From Stegostoma tigrinum (taxonomy: Eukaryota), in assembly GCF_030684315.1 (NCBI RefSeq), contig NC_081399.1, positions 6,186,113 through 6,250,112 on the forward strand: DNA of 64,000 bases. The letters are read 5' to 3'. Position 1 is the stretch's first letter; each line of letters opens with the position of its first letter. Positions 13,001 to 25,520 of the stretch are shown one piece after another. The notes under the pieces are model-generated. The model was given only the letters and a program-made list of their open reading frames with translations. It did not search any database and was not told where the DNA came from. The translations under genes were made by a program, and so were the position numbers.

Positions 13001-14334
13001 CATGTAAATAGGCCCAAATGAGGTTAGGCATTGAGAGTGCTGATAGATATCAACTGAGTGTTTGTAAACTGGTTATTCTCTAAAAGTGCCGCTGGGTAAC
13101 AATGTCATGGAGTCATTGAATTAAACAGCACAGAAACAGACTTTTCAGTCCAACTCATCCACGCCAACCAGATTTCCTCAACTGATCTTGTCCCATTTAC
13201 CAACATTTGGCCCAATTCCCTCGAAAAGCTTCCTATTCATATACTTATCATGATGCCTTTTAAATGCTGTAATTATACCCAGCTCCACAACCTCCTCTGG
13301 TACCTCGTTCCAATCACACACACTCTCTGCATGTAAAAGCTGCATCCAGGCCCTTTTTACTGTATTTAAGTTCTCAACTTAAACCTATGCTCTCTAGTTT
13401 TAGACTTGTCTACACTGAGAAAAAGACCTTGGCTATTCACCTTATCCATATCAATTTACACTTTCTCTCAATTTTGGGAAAGTCTGAGAGTCGACGGATG
13501 GTGTGGCAAAACATCCGAGTGGAATTGTTCTGCAATTTGTGGACAGGGCGTTAGTGGGCAATGTTCCAGATTGAAATCTGGATGTCAGGGTTCCGGCTGT
13601 GTGAAGGATCTTGTCTTGCAGCCAATGCTGGAACGCCAGAATATTATCAGATTAACGCCAAGAACAATATCCTGCACAGTAACATTGCATCCAGTTGTGT
13701 CCTGATATCATATGGAGTGAATTCAATTGATTGCAGATTGATGTCAGAAATCTCTAAAACATCAGAGGAGACAGAGATGGATCGTTTACTCGGCACTTCT
13801 GTCTGCAGGAGCTTCTACATGCCTCTCTTTTGTAATGAGGTACCATGTATCTCCACCATTGAGGACGATATAGTTTATTCTATTTGTTATTTACATATAC
13901 ACCACCATCCACAAATTGACGTGTTAGGGGCATTGCTGAGCTTTGATCCGATCACTTAGTTTTGAGACTGATTATTTCTGCCCATTCTGTGCTGTTAGGT
14001 ACATGAGTAGTTTTTTTTTGCAGTTTGAACGAGTTAACACCTCATTGTCCAGACATGGTCTCCTGCAATCTTTGTTGAAGCACTGCTGATGCCATTGATT
14101 CATTGCAATGTCAGACAAGGTGATCTGTTGAGCTGTAAAGTGTTCATTATGGATAAATAGAATTCTGATAATTCTGAAGGTCCATAGTGCAGTACTGGAA
14201 CTGCCACGTAAGTCCAGTGACGACAACAGCAGGTCAATGGCTAGAAATCCTGCAGTGAGTAACTTGCCTCCTGACTCCCCAAAGCCTGCATACCAGCTGC
14301 AAGGGATAATCAAGGGTATGGAACAGTTTCAACT

Positions 14335-14682
14335 GAACAAAGTGTGGAGCTGGATGAACACAACAGGCCAAGCAACATCTTAGGAGCATGAAGCTGATGT
14401 TCCTGGCCTAGACCCTTCATCAGAAAGCTTTACAAGAGAGTTGCAGTGGGAGAGCGATCCCCGAGGTTTGTCTGGAGGAAGGAGGGTAACTTCTTCAGGT
14501 TAGGCATCCCCGGAAGAGGCTTCGCTTTGAGGTTAAAATTGTGATCGGATATCTTGGGAACTGCAGATGCTGGAGAATCCGAGATAACAAAGTGCGGAGC
14601 TGGATGAACACAGCAGGCCAAGCAGCATCTTAGGAGCACAAAAGCTGACATTTCAGGCCTAGACTCTTCATCAGAAAGCTTT
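14335..14682 (-). mobile_element. Penelope fragment with tandem direct pLTR copies
   Basis: About 95-bp direct repeats (14337-14430, 14586-14681), each with a degenerate hammerhead core (14396-14423, 14647-14674). Confidence 0.7.
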
Positions 14683-16429
14683 CGACCTGCCTGAGTGAAG
14701 AAAGCTTCAAAAGGAGTCAACAATCTCGACACCATCCTCACTATTTGATCCACATCCGAATGCCAAAATTAAACATTCGCCCTCAGCAATACATGCTGTG
14801 TGTGTAAAGCTCAGAACCAAATAAAAGTCTCCCCGAATGCATCTCCAGCATATATACCAATCTTTTTCTAGCTGCTATCAGTTCTAAAGAAGCCTCACTA
14901 GACCCAAAATTGATTTCTCATTTCTGTCTACAGATGCTGTCAGACCTGATGCGTTCCTCCAGCAATTTCTATTTTTGTTTCAGATTTCCAGCATCCACAG
15001 CTGTTTTTTTTTTAAATTCATTTTATTGCACCAATACTGTCAATGCTTTTAGAGAAGGGTGGACAACACAAGGGGTGGACAGCGTCTTATCTCCCCTATA
15101 CAACTCCATTTTGATTCCACCTTCTACCTCTTTCCCCCTTATCGTTAATTGTACCTCCCCCAATCTACCTGTTCAAAGATAACATTGCATTCCATCTGAA
15201 GTCGAGAGGGAATGAAAACGGTCCTACTGGATAAGAGGTAGTGAATCTACCATGACGCAATAAGAGCTTTTCATCTTGGTTTTATTGCATTGCCCGTAAC
15301 GTGCACAAATTAAACAATTGGAAACATGAGCAATTTAATAGTCCAAATTGTCACCATGATTTAATGGCGGAAGGTCTATTCTATTGTGTGATAGTAATTG
15401 CAGATGTGGACAAATCAAAAAAGCACGCAGTATTGTCTTATATCTGCAATCCTGACACAGGATTTGGGATATTCATTAACAGTTGACCAGGACAATATAT
15501 CTGTGATTTCTGGAGAAAATAATGTGTCACCGTTCAGAAAGCCATCAAAAATAAAGTGAAACCAGAGGCAGTCTCTATTGCTCACAGACGTAGGAGAGAG
15601 TACAGTCCCACTTCACAGTCGCTAAGGGTACCTCATCGACCATAAGACCATGCGATTTAATAGCATAATTAAGCCATTCAGCCCATAGAATATGTTCTTC
15701 CTTCCATCCTGGCTGATATGCTTCTCAACCCCATTTTCCTGCCTTCTCCCCGTATACTTTGAACCCATTATTAATCAAGAGCCTATCTATCTCTGTCTTA
15801 AATACACTCAATAGATTATGATCAAAAATTGCTAGGCTTTAATTTAGGTAATGGGGACATCATCCTTATATAAGCCATTATGTTAGCAATGAGAAGGCTC
15901 AAATCGAAGGTGACACATGAAAGGTGAACTGGAAATAAGGGGACACAATTCCCTTTGAAGACGTCCAAAGTTGTCAGGAGCACCAATGCATCGATTTCAA
16001 TGGAGGCCAGAACCAAGGGCCACAGTCTAGACAGATGGCATAGCCCATTTATGACTAAGACAGAATGAAAAGTTTTCAACCAAAGAGTGATGAACTTGCA
16101 GAATTCTCTTCAATTGAAAACAGGTGAGACCAAAATAATGAATGATTTCAAAAAGCATTTCAATTTCTCACTTACAGCTAAAGCAATGAAAAGGTACTTG
16201 GAGAGAGGGAGGACAAGAGACTGAGTTGGATGATCAGACGTAAAAACATTGAATGCCAGAGTAGTTTCCAAGGACCGAATCGCATACACATGCTGCTATT
16301 CTCTATGCTTCGGACTCACAATTCTTTGTCCAACCTATGCTGATGCGTGTCTTGTGTATTTCAATGTGAGAGTAATCAACATGGTGGGCAGACTTAAAAT
16401 GAGCAGCCTGTTTTGGATACTTTAAAAAA

Positions 16430-18090
16430 AACTATTCATTTATGACCAGCGCATATTACTGGTCCCTAGATGCCTTTGAAACATTGGTGGTGAACTGCAT
16501 TCGTGAACCACGACAGTCCAATTGTATTGGCCCACAAAGCCCTTGGTGGGGGGAACATTCCAGAATTATCTTCCAGCGACATTGAAGGAGCAACAATATG
16601 TTTCAAACCCAAGATGGTGAGTAGCTTGGAAGAGAACTTGAATGTGATGCCATTCCATATATATGCTGTCCTTGTCCTTTTAGATGGAAGTGGTCATGGT
16701 TTTGAAGGCAACATCAAAAGGTATTTGTTGAAGTTCTGCAGTTCATCTTTTAGATGGTACAGATTGTTGCGACTGAGCGTCAGTGCTGGAGGAAGTGGAT
16801 GCTTGTGAATGCAATGTCAAACAAAATGACTTTGTTGTCTAGGATAATGTGACTCTTCTTGAGTGTTGTTGTGGTCGTACTCATCCAGGCAAATGAAGAG
16901 TATTCCATCACACTCCTGACTTGTGCTTTAGTCAAGAAGTGAGTTACTCGCCGCAGTATTACTAGCCTCTGTGCTGCTCTTGTTGCCACCATTGTTATGT
17001 GGTGACTCCAGTTAAGTTCCTGTCAATGACATACTCGCAGGATTTTGATAGTTGGGAATTCAAAGAGGGCAACATCATTCATTGTCAAGGAATGGTGGTT
17101 ATATTGTTTCATATTGGTGATGGTCAGTTGCGTGGAGCGAATGTTACTTCCTACTTGTCGGTCCAAGCCTGGATATTGTCCATAACCCATTGCATTTGAG
17201 TATGGACTGCTCTAAAGAGTCGTGAATGATGTTAAACATTGTGAAATCATCGGCATTCATTTCCATTTCTGATTGTATGATGGACGGAAGGTCGTTAGTA
17301 ACGGAGCTGCAGATGGCTGGGCCTAGGACACTACCATGCAGAACTCCTGCAGGGATGTCCAATAGATGGGATGACTTACCTCCAACCACCACGATGATCT
17401 GTATATATATCAGATAGAACTCCAACCATAGGAGAATTTGCTCCCAATACTCATTGATTCCAGTTTTGTTTGGGCACCTTGATGTTACACTGCACCAAAT
17501 GCAACTGAAATGTCAAGGGCTGTCATTCTCACTTCACCTCAGGAATTTATATATTTTATATATGTTTAAACCAAGACTGTCATGAAGTCAGGAAATGGCT
17601 GGCCCTGGTGGAACCCAAGCTTAGCATTATTAAACAGGTTATTGTTGAACAGGTGCAATTTCATAGTGCGATTGATGATACCTTCCATCACTTTACTGAT
17701 GATTAAGAGTAGACCAATGGGGCAGTTGTTGTCAGGTTTGTATTTGTTCTGCTTTCTATACATAGGGCATATCTGGGCAATTTTCCACATTGTTGGGCAG
17801 ATGCCAGTGTTGTAACTGTATAGGAGCAGCACGTTATGGAGCACAAGTCTTCAATATTATTGCCGGAGTGTTGTCAGGGCCTGTAGCCTTTGGAGTATCC
17901 ATTGTCTCCCAGTGTTTCTTGATATCTCTTGGAGTGAATCAAATTGACTCAAGATGAGTGACTGTAATGCTGGGGACAACAGCAGCAGGCCGAGATGGCA
18001 GTTCTGGCTGAAGGCTGCTGTGAAAGCTTCAGCCTTATCTTTTGCACTGATGTGCACGGCTCTCCCATCAATGACATTGAGAATATTTGC
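16430..18090 (-). mobile_element. Decayed CR1/L2-clade LINE
   Basis: RT fragments WKIAQICPMYRK, GVLHGSVLGP...NDLP...ADD and KAQVRSVMEYS. Boundaries are approximate. Confidence 0.7.
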
Positions 18091-21000
18091 TGGTGCGTTT
18101 CAAATTATGGTAATGTTGCACAAATCAATGTTTTCTGGTGAAACCGAGAGACAAATGACATTAGACACTACAGCAGCACTGGCTTAATGAAAATCTGAAG
18201 GTTCTTTGGAGTTCTGATAGTTCTGCTCAATATGTTGGTAGTGTTTGAATTGGAGAATTAAGAGTGCTCTGTCTCCCTCGGCAGTAATATTGATGACACA
18301 TATTGGCTATGGCTCCAACATAGCCTGGCAGCATTTTGTTTGCTTTTTTTTTGTTTTGATCATTGAAAATATTTCAGCTTGAATGGGTGGCGATTGCAGC
18401 AGATTGATAGTGTGCCTGCCTCGGACACAAAATATCTAATTTCAAGCCCGACTTGTCCAAGAATATTATCCAAAGTTGACTGAACAGGTATGGAAAGGAT
18501 GTTTGTGTTCAGGTGTTCACATACAAAAAATTGTGATGTAGTTTCTGACACGATGACAGAAGCAGATTTAGCAGCACTTCTGAGATAAGAACACAAAACT
18601 GGAAATGTATTTTGAGAGGATATAACTGCTGTCCATTGAGAAAAGAGGAGGAAGATGAACTATGAAACCGACTCAGAAGATTGAATCTTCCACATAACCA
18701 TTTCCATACAACCCCAGGATTTTCTCCTCTGTGTAAACAAAAAGATCACGAAAAACAAAAGTAGGCCATTCAGCCACTCGATGCTCCTCCACCACTATGT
18801 ATGATCACAACTTGTGTGGCACTTGTCAAATCCTAATTGTTTCCTTTCCTTGTCATCCTTAATTGCCTACCAATCAAGCATGTGCTTGTCTGAGCCTTAA
18901 ATATACACAAGAACTCAGCTCTCTGTGCCACAGTTCCAAACATTCTCAACCATCTGAGAGATTAAATTCCTCCTTATCTCAGTTTTAAATTGGTGTATCT
19001 GTACTCCAAGAATATGCAATCTAGTTTTAAACTCTCTCATGTGCTATTGTCCTTTCAGCATTTACCCTATCCGGTTCCTCAAGGATCCTACCTATCTTGG
19101 GGACTTGCATTTAGAATTGTTCGCCAGTCAATGTTTGGGAAGCTATACTAACCTGTTCTCCTGTCAGGACAGTGTTTGTAAAATTGGACAAATTTCAACA
19201 TTCAGCCAGTAAAATTGATGCTCTTGAGTTTTCCAATCTGCTGGCTCACATGCTGACAGGGCTTTAAGAGGTTGACCCATTCAAACAGACTAAATGTTTT
19301 GAGAATGGCATGAATCTTTTCAGAGCTCTTCTTCTGGGGAAGAGTCATTGGGCTTGAAATGTTAACTAAGTTTCTGTTTTTGGAATTGCTGATTTTCTTC
19401 AGCTATTTCCATCTTTCAGTTCATTATTTCTCCTGAGGGGCTGTTACCATTGTGTCACTGCACACTATTTCAACAAGATTTCAATTTAATCCCATTTCCG
19501 CTGCAAAAGCAAACACAATAAAGCACGATGTCCGAATTTGTGCAGTCCTTTCAAAATTCAGACTGGCCATGTGTGGAAATGACTCAAAAACAAAATGCAA
19601 TATGACTCTCACTTCTTTGTTGAAGACAATAATAGGAAGATTCAATTCCCTTTGTGGCGGTAATTTTGCCAGGCAGCATGCTATCCATTACAGAAAATGT
19701 GGATGCTCCTCAAAATGGGAACTTTTGGCATCACTAGGGCTTGTGGTGAGATATCTGGAGAGGCAGAACAATATGCTAAGTTCTCTCTATTTCTCCAGTC
19801 AGGTTGTTCAGAATCAACATCCAGGAGAAAGCGAAGGATTAAGCTATCCCCTTAGTCGACAAAAGGATGAGCAATATAGGAAAAGTGGAATTGCTCCATT
19901 CCCAACAGAAAGCCAACAGGAGGCCTGATCTGATCAAAACTGACATTGGGTTTTGATGGTATTCATGAGGAGGAACTGTTTCCATTGATATAGTTGTTAG
20001 TAAACTCAAATTAAAGGCAAATCTTAGAAGGAAAAGGTGGAAGGTGAAGAAACATTTCTTTCTAACTGCACAAGGAATGAGGATCTGGTTTATATCTCCT
20101 GCCAGGTCAAAAGGACCAATTGTGAGGAGATGTTTGTAAAGGCATATGAACACAAAATATTTGTTTCCGTTTGGCAAAACAGAAAGACTGAGTTGAGACA
20201 TAAAGTTTAGTGTTATAGAGGCTGAATTGAATCTTTGACCCCATGGGACCCAGTCAAGATTGCTCTCATTGTTTAGAAGGTACGGAAGTGGACGTTAAAT
20301 TTTGATTGGCCACACTAGCAGTGATGAATCATTAGAAGATCCTCCCATCCTCTCAGCTATGTTTTTTTTTCATTCTGTCTCAGTAAGTATGCATTTGTGT
20401 TGACCAGCATTTATTTCCCACTCCTGTTTGTCCAGAGAGCAATTAAGTGTCACTGTCATTGCCGGGGGTCTGGAGTCACAAGTAGGCCAGATCAAGGAAC
20501 AATTGCACATTGCCTTCGCTGAAGGATAAAATTGAATCAGATGGCTTTTTTTGTTCATACAACAACAGTTTCGTGGCCATCATTAGATGCACAATTCCAG
20601 ATTTTTATTGAATTTAAATTCAAGCATCTGCCATGGCCGCAACATCGCTGGTGATTCTGGTTAATAGTTCAGCGATAATAGTACATTGGCGTTGTCTCCC
20701 TCTGTTGCGTTATTGCTACCTGAAACAAGCTATATCAATGAACAGGCTGTTCAATTTGAAATATTCGAGTTTTACCATGTTTTCCTCTAACAGAGTGACA
20801 GTGCAGAAGGTTTTACACTGTTCTGAGCTGGTTGTGATCAACGTATCATCATCAGTTTAGTAATGAACTGCCCATCTCCACGTTCAGTCTTTTCTGCGGT
20901 CTCCAGATCTTATTCTTGGTTTAAACACCTCCTTGAAACCCTCTTAGAGAAAGGTCCCAGAGGCAGAAGAGGAGTTCACTGCATGCTGCTACTCTTTGCC

Positions 21001-22172
21001 ACCACACTAGCAAGAACAGTTTATGCTTAAATTATTAGTGTCTTCAACTGGAATATACGCCCATCTCTTCCATTTTCCAAAGCACTGCGAAAGTACTGAA
21101 AGCAGCCTAGAAACAGACTGAGAAACGCGTTGATCAAACAAGTACCGCCATTATGATGATGGAGACAAATTTTCTATCAGCGCACGAGGTGATTACCAAA
21201 CAGACTCTAATTGTTTTGTCATCAAAGAGTGCAGTCATAGTTGAACACACGTTTGCAGATGACTGGAACTGGTCACATACCAATGAAATACTGTTGGTGA
21301 AGCAGGCTGAATCTCAGTCAGTTTCTAGCACTCCATGCCACTCACTCCTCCGAAGATACACTGCCGATGAGTCAAGCGAGTCTGACTGGTCTCCTTAATG
21401 AGCTGGGTGATCTGTCCAGTTCTATGCCAAAGCACTGGTACCATTGACAAAGTGGGAGCTGACTAGGACAATATATATATTTTTAAAAAGCAAGAAATGT
21501 GTGTGGGTAAATGCAGAATATTCTGATTATGACTGGCAAAAGTGGGCATTCGAAGAATTTTGATATGTCGACTTCATTTAGAACCCATTTCAATCGTCCC
21601 TGTTCTTGTATTCTGTGCTGTGTGCAGTACAGGTGATTTGGACAGGCTAAACTGTCTGGTAGTGTCCATGGTTAGCCATGGTAAATGTGGGGGCCTGGGC
21701 CTGAGGCGGGACTGTCTTCTGAGGGTATGTGCAGACTTGATGGGCTGAATGCCTCTTTCTGCACTGTATGTTTTATGGTTCTTCGCTGCCACAAGATGTG
21801 TGTGAACCTGATCAGATTCATCGTGCTTCGGACGGGATAAGTCATAAAATTAAACAGGAAGCAGTTCAGAAAAGTAAAGCGCTTTCCCAAACTGAACCTT
21901 CTGTAGTCCACAAATTATTATTCTTTTTGAGACTGTCCGCTCTGCTCAATGAGTACTGAACAGGGTCTTTTGATCTTGGATTGGATATGTTGCGCGTCTA
22001 TAAAGTTACAAAACGTTTTTAGCCCTTTTGGAGGTTTTAGGAAAAGGCCTAATCATTATTAAGGTGCGGGTGTATTTACGAATGTTGTCCACCCGAACTT
22101 TCTAATGGGTCTGTTTACAATCTAACCGCTCGCTATATTTCTGCTAGCTTTCAACCCGCTACGTGTTTGTAT

Positions 22173-22229
22173 CGCCGTGATCAGGGCAGTGTAGAAACAA
22201 ATCGCATTATCTGATGCCTCCAGCTCGAG
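22173..22229 (-). pseudogene. 3'-only relic of a V1-like segment
   Basis: Reads LELEASDNAICFYTA (vs V1 LKLEAADTAVYFCAA; Cys104 lost), with degenerate heptamer CACGGCG (22173-22179) and a decayed nonamer. The 3' flank is paralogous to that of V1; the 5' part is replaced by LINE-like sequence. Confidence 0.75.
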
Positions 22230-25084
22230 TTCAGGGCAACTCCCTCCCGACTGTACACCATTATGCTGCCAACTCTGCTAGGTCTTCCCTGCTGGTGTCA
22301 TAGAACATGTTCAGTGATGGTGATTGTGGCGCTGGGGACATTGTCTGGCAAGTATGAAGCCATAAGTATGACTATGTCAGGCTATTTTCTAGTCGGTGAG
22401 ACAGCTCTGGCAATTTTGGCACAGGGCTCCAGATGTTAGAAACGCGGACCTTGGAGAGCCAACACAGTTGTTTGTGCTGTTAATTTTTTGCGGTGTTTCT
22501 GTTGATGCCACGTGACCCGACTCGTCCCATGCCTTTGAGACTTTGCAATGATTGGTACAACTGAATATCTTGCTAACCCATTTTAGAGGGCAACATTGTT
22601 GTAAGCCTAGAATCAAATCGAAGCCAGGCCTGGTAAGAATTGCAGATTTCCTTCTCCAAAGGACATGAGTGAACCAGATGAGATATTTTTTCGACAATGG
22701 ACAACAAATTTCTCAGTCATCAATGGTTTGTTAATTCGCCATATGTCTTTTCATATTACTGAATTTAACTTACACCATCTGCCGTGGCTAATTCGAAACT
22801 TAGTACATTGGCTAAGTACCCGGATGAATAAACTAACCAAAAATATTGCGAGGGCATGCTTCCACACATTGTTGGAAACCGAGACAAGTTACATTGGTGA
22901 ACAGTCTGTTAATTTTGAAGACTGCATATATGAGTTTTGCCATGCTGTCATCTCACAGTGTGACTGTGCAGACGGCTTTGACACTGATCTGAGTCAGTTT
23001 GATCATTGTGATCACCAGCAGTACATCTCTCTGCATTCCACAATTTCTTCAGTCCCCGACCTTCTTACCGGTTTAAACCTGTCCTTGAAATCCTCCTGAA
23101 AACAGTTTTCAGAGGTGGCAACAAATGTCAATGTGAGCTATTACTCTTTGTCACCACACTAGGAATACCGGTGCATGATTGTTATTAGTTCCCTTTAGTT
23201 AATACACACCTACATCTCTTCAGTTTTTCAAGGCACTGTGAAGCAAGAACTGTCCTGAAGTCAGTAGAAAGGAAGACTGAGAAGCAGTCTAATCAAGCAA
23301 GTACTGCTCTAATGAGGATAGGGAGACATTATCTGATAGCACACATGATGAATACTTTGTCAACAAACAGAGCAGTCATGGTTGAAGACACAGTTACCAA
23401 GGAGTGTAACTATTCCCGTGCCAACGGAGTGCAGTTGCTCTCATTATTCATTAGTGAAAGTGACTGAATCTCTGTCAGTTTCTCATATTCTATGCCACCA
23501 ACTCTCCCACAGTTGCATCATCTGCTAATCTAGCAACTCCAACGGTGTCAAAATTGAGCAGGGCCATGTACCTAGTTCCATGCCAAGCATTGGCATCATC
23601 ATGTTATTAAATGGGATCAGGCTGGCAGGATCAATACATTATCAAAATAAAAGAAAATAAAGATGCATCTGAACAAAAGAAAACAAGGAACAATACAGCA
23701 CAAGAACATTCTGCCCTCCGAGCCTGTGCCAATAAATCCTGCCCATCCATACTAAAACTGTCGTCGCTTACTGGATCCATACCCCTCTGTTCTATTCCTA
23801 CGGATACATTCATCTAGCTGATTCATGAATACAATTGTAACTTCTTCCACCACCTTCTCTGACTGCACATTCCTGGTACTTGCCACTCTTTATGCAAAAA
23901 ATTGTCTCGCACGTCTTTTTAACCCCCACCCCACAACACTGAATGTGTGTCTCCTCGTAATTGACCCCTCCACCCTGGAAAAAACAGCTCCATACTTTCC
24001 ACTCCATCTATGTCGTTCACAAACTTACAAAATTCTGTCTAGGACAAAGAACAAAGAAAAATACAGCACAGGAACAGGACCTTTGGCCCTCCAAGCTTGC
24101 GCCGATCTAGTCATCCCTCAACCTCCTGTGTACCAATGAAAATAAACTCACTCTCTCCATAGTCAGCAAGAACTGCAGATGCTCACGTCAGCGATAACAA
24201 AGTGTGGAGCTGGGGGAACACAGCAGGCCAGGCAGCACTAGTCGAACAGGAATGCTGGCGTTTTCAAAGGTTCCCGACCCAAAACGTCAACTTTCCTCTT
24301 CCTCTGATGCTGACTGGCCTATTGTGCTCCTCCAGCTCCACACTTTGTTATCTCAGACTACCCAAACATTTTTGTCCATAATTAAAATACCCCATTCCAG
24401 ACGACATCCTGCAAAATATTTTCTGTATCCTCTCCGAAGCACCCACATCCTTCTGGTGGTGTGGTGACCAGAACTGCACACAATTTTCTAAGTTTGGCCA
24501 TGGGTAGGTACAGACTGTTCAAACATTAACTGGCAGAAGGGCGCATTCACTGAATCACACCTTGTTCAGATCATCCGGAAGGCGTTTCTATTATCCCTGC
24601 TACTGCATTCTTTACTGTTTGCATTGTAGTTGGTTTGACCTTGTTAAATTGCCCGGAATATCCAAGGAGTTGTAAGCGGTTTAGCCATGAGAAATGAGGA
24701 GTTCTGGGGCTAGTGTAGTGGTCTGGTTAAAGGGCAGGACTCTCTTCGACCGGGCCGGTGCAGACTCGATGATCTGAACGGCCTCTTTGTTAATTCGTTC
24801 AAGATTTGTCATTAAACAGGAAGCAGATGAGAAAAATAACAGTTCTTCCCTGATGAAAATCTCTGTCCCCGACAATTTATCATTCGACATGAGACAATCC
24901 CGTCTGTCAGTGATTACTGAACGGAGGCCTTTGTCCTTTGACTGGATAATGAAACGTATCTAAAAAAATCACAGAGTGTTTTTACCCATTTGAGAGGTTG
25001 TAAATGGGTGCGATCTTCAGTAGCCAGCCAATGTATTTTGGGCTTTTCCCACTCGCGCTTTCCAATCTATCTGCTAACCCATGA

Positions 25085-25123
25085 GGTTTTTGCAGGAACC
25101 TCATGCTTGTTTGTATCTCTGTG
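25085..25123 (-). other. Intact orphan 23-RSS
   Basis: CACAGAG (25117-25123), 23-nt spacer, GCAAAAACC (25085-25093). Confidence 0.88.
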
Positions 25124-25186
25124 ATCGCTGGCAACACAGAAATAAACTGCATTATCGGGCGCCTGCACCTTCAGAATTTTCAGGCT
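25124..25186 (-). pseudogene. 3'-only relic of a family A V segment
   Basis: SLKILKVQAPDNAVYFCVAS; everything 5' is replaced by an old plus-strand CR1 fragment starting about 25187. Confidence 0.85.
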
Positions 25187-25520
25187 CGATGGATTAGTTG
25201 AATGGGAAAAGAAAAGTGACAGATGGATTTTAATAAAAACAAGTGTGTGGTGATCCATTGCAGGCAGAAAACAAAGTACAGATCAAAATATGTTTTAGAA
25301 GGCACAAATTTAAATACAGTGAATGTCCGACAAGATTCCAGGGCATAGCTTTGTTTTTAAGATGCCACAAATATGTGCACAAATTAGTCAAGAGGCTTTG
25401 GAATGCTGGCCTTCTTATCTAAAAGGCTTACATAGAACATAGAACATAGAACAGTACAGCACAGAACAGGCCCTTCAGCCCACAATGTTGTGCCGACCAT
25501 TGATCCTCATGTATGCACCC

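Larger units (their letters stand above)
12650..25186. repeat. Segmental duplications of the V1 3' flank
   Basis: About 70-1770 ~ 12650-14200; 1800-5770 ~ 19740-22230; 3640-5785 ~ 22860-25186. The last two copies each end in a V relic. Confidence 0.8.
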
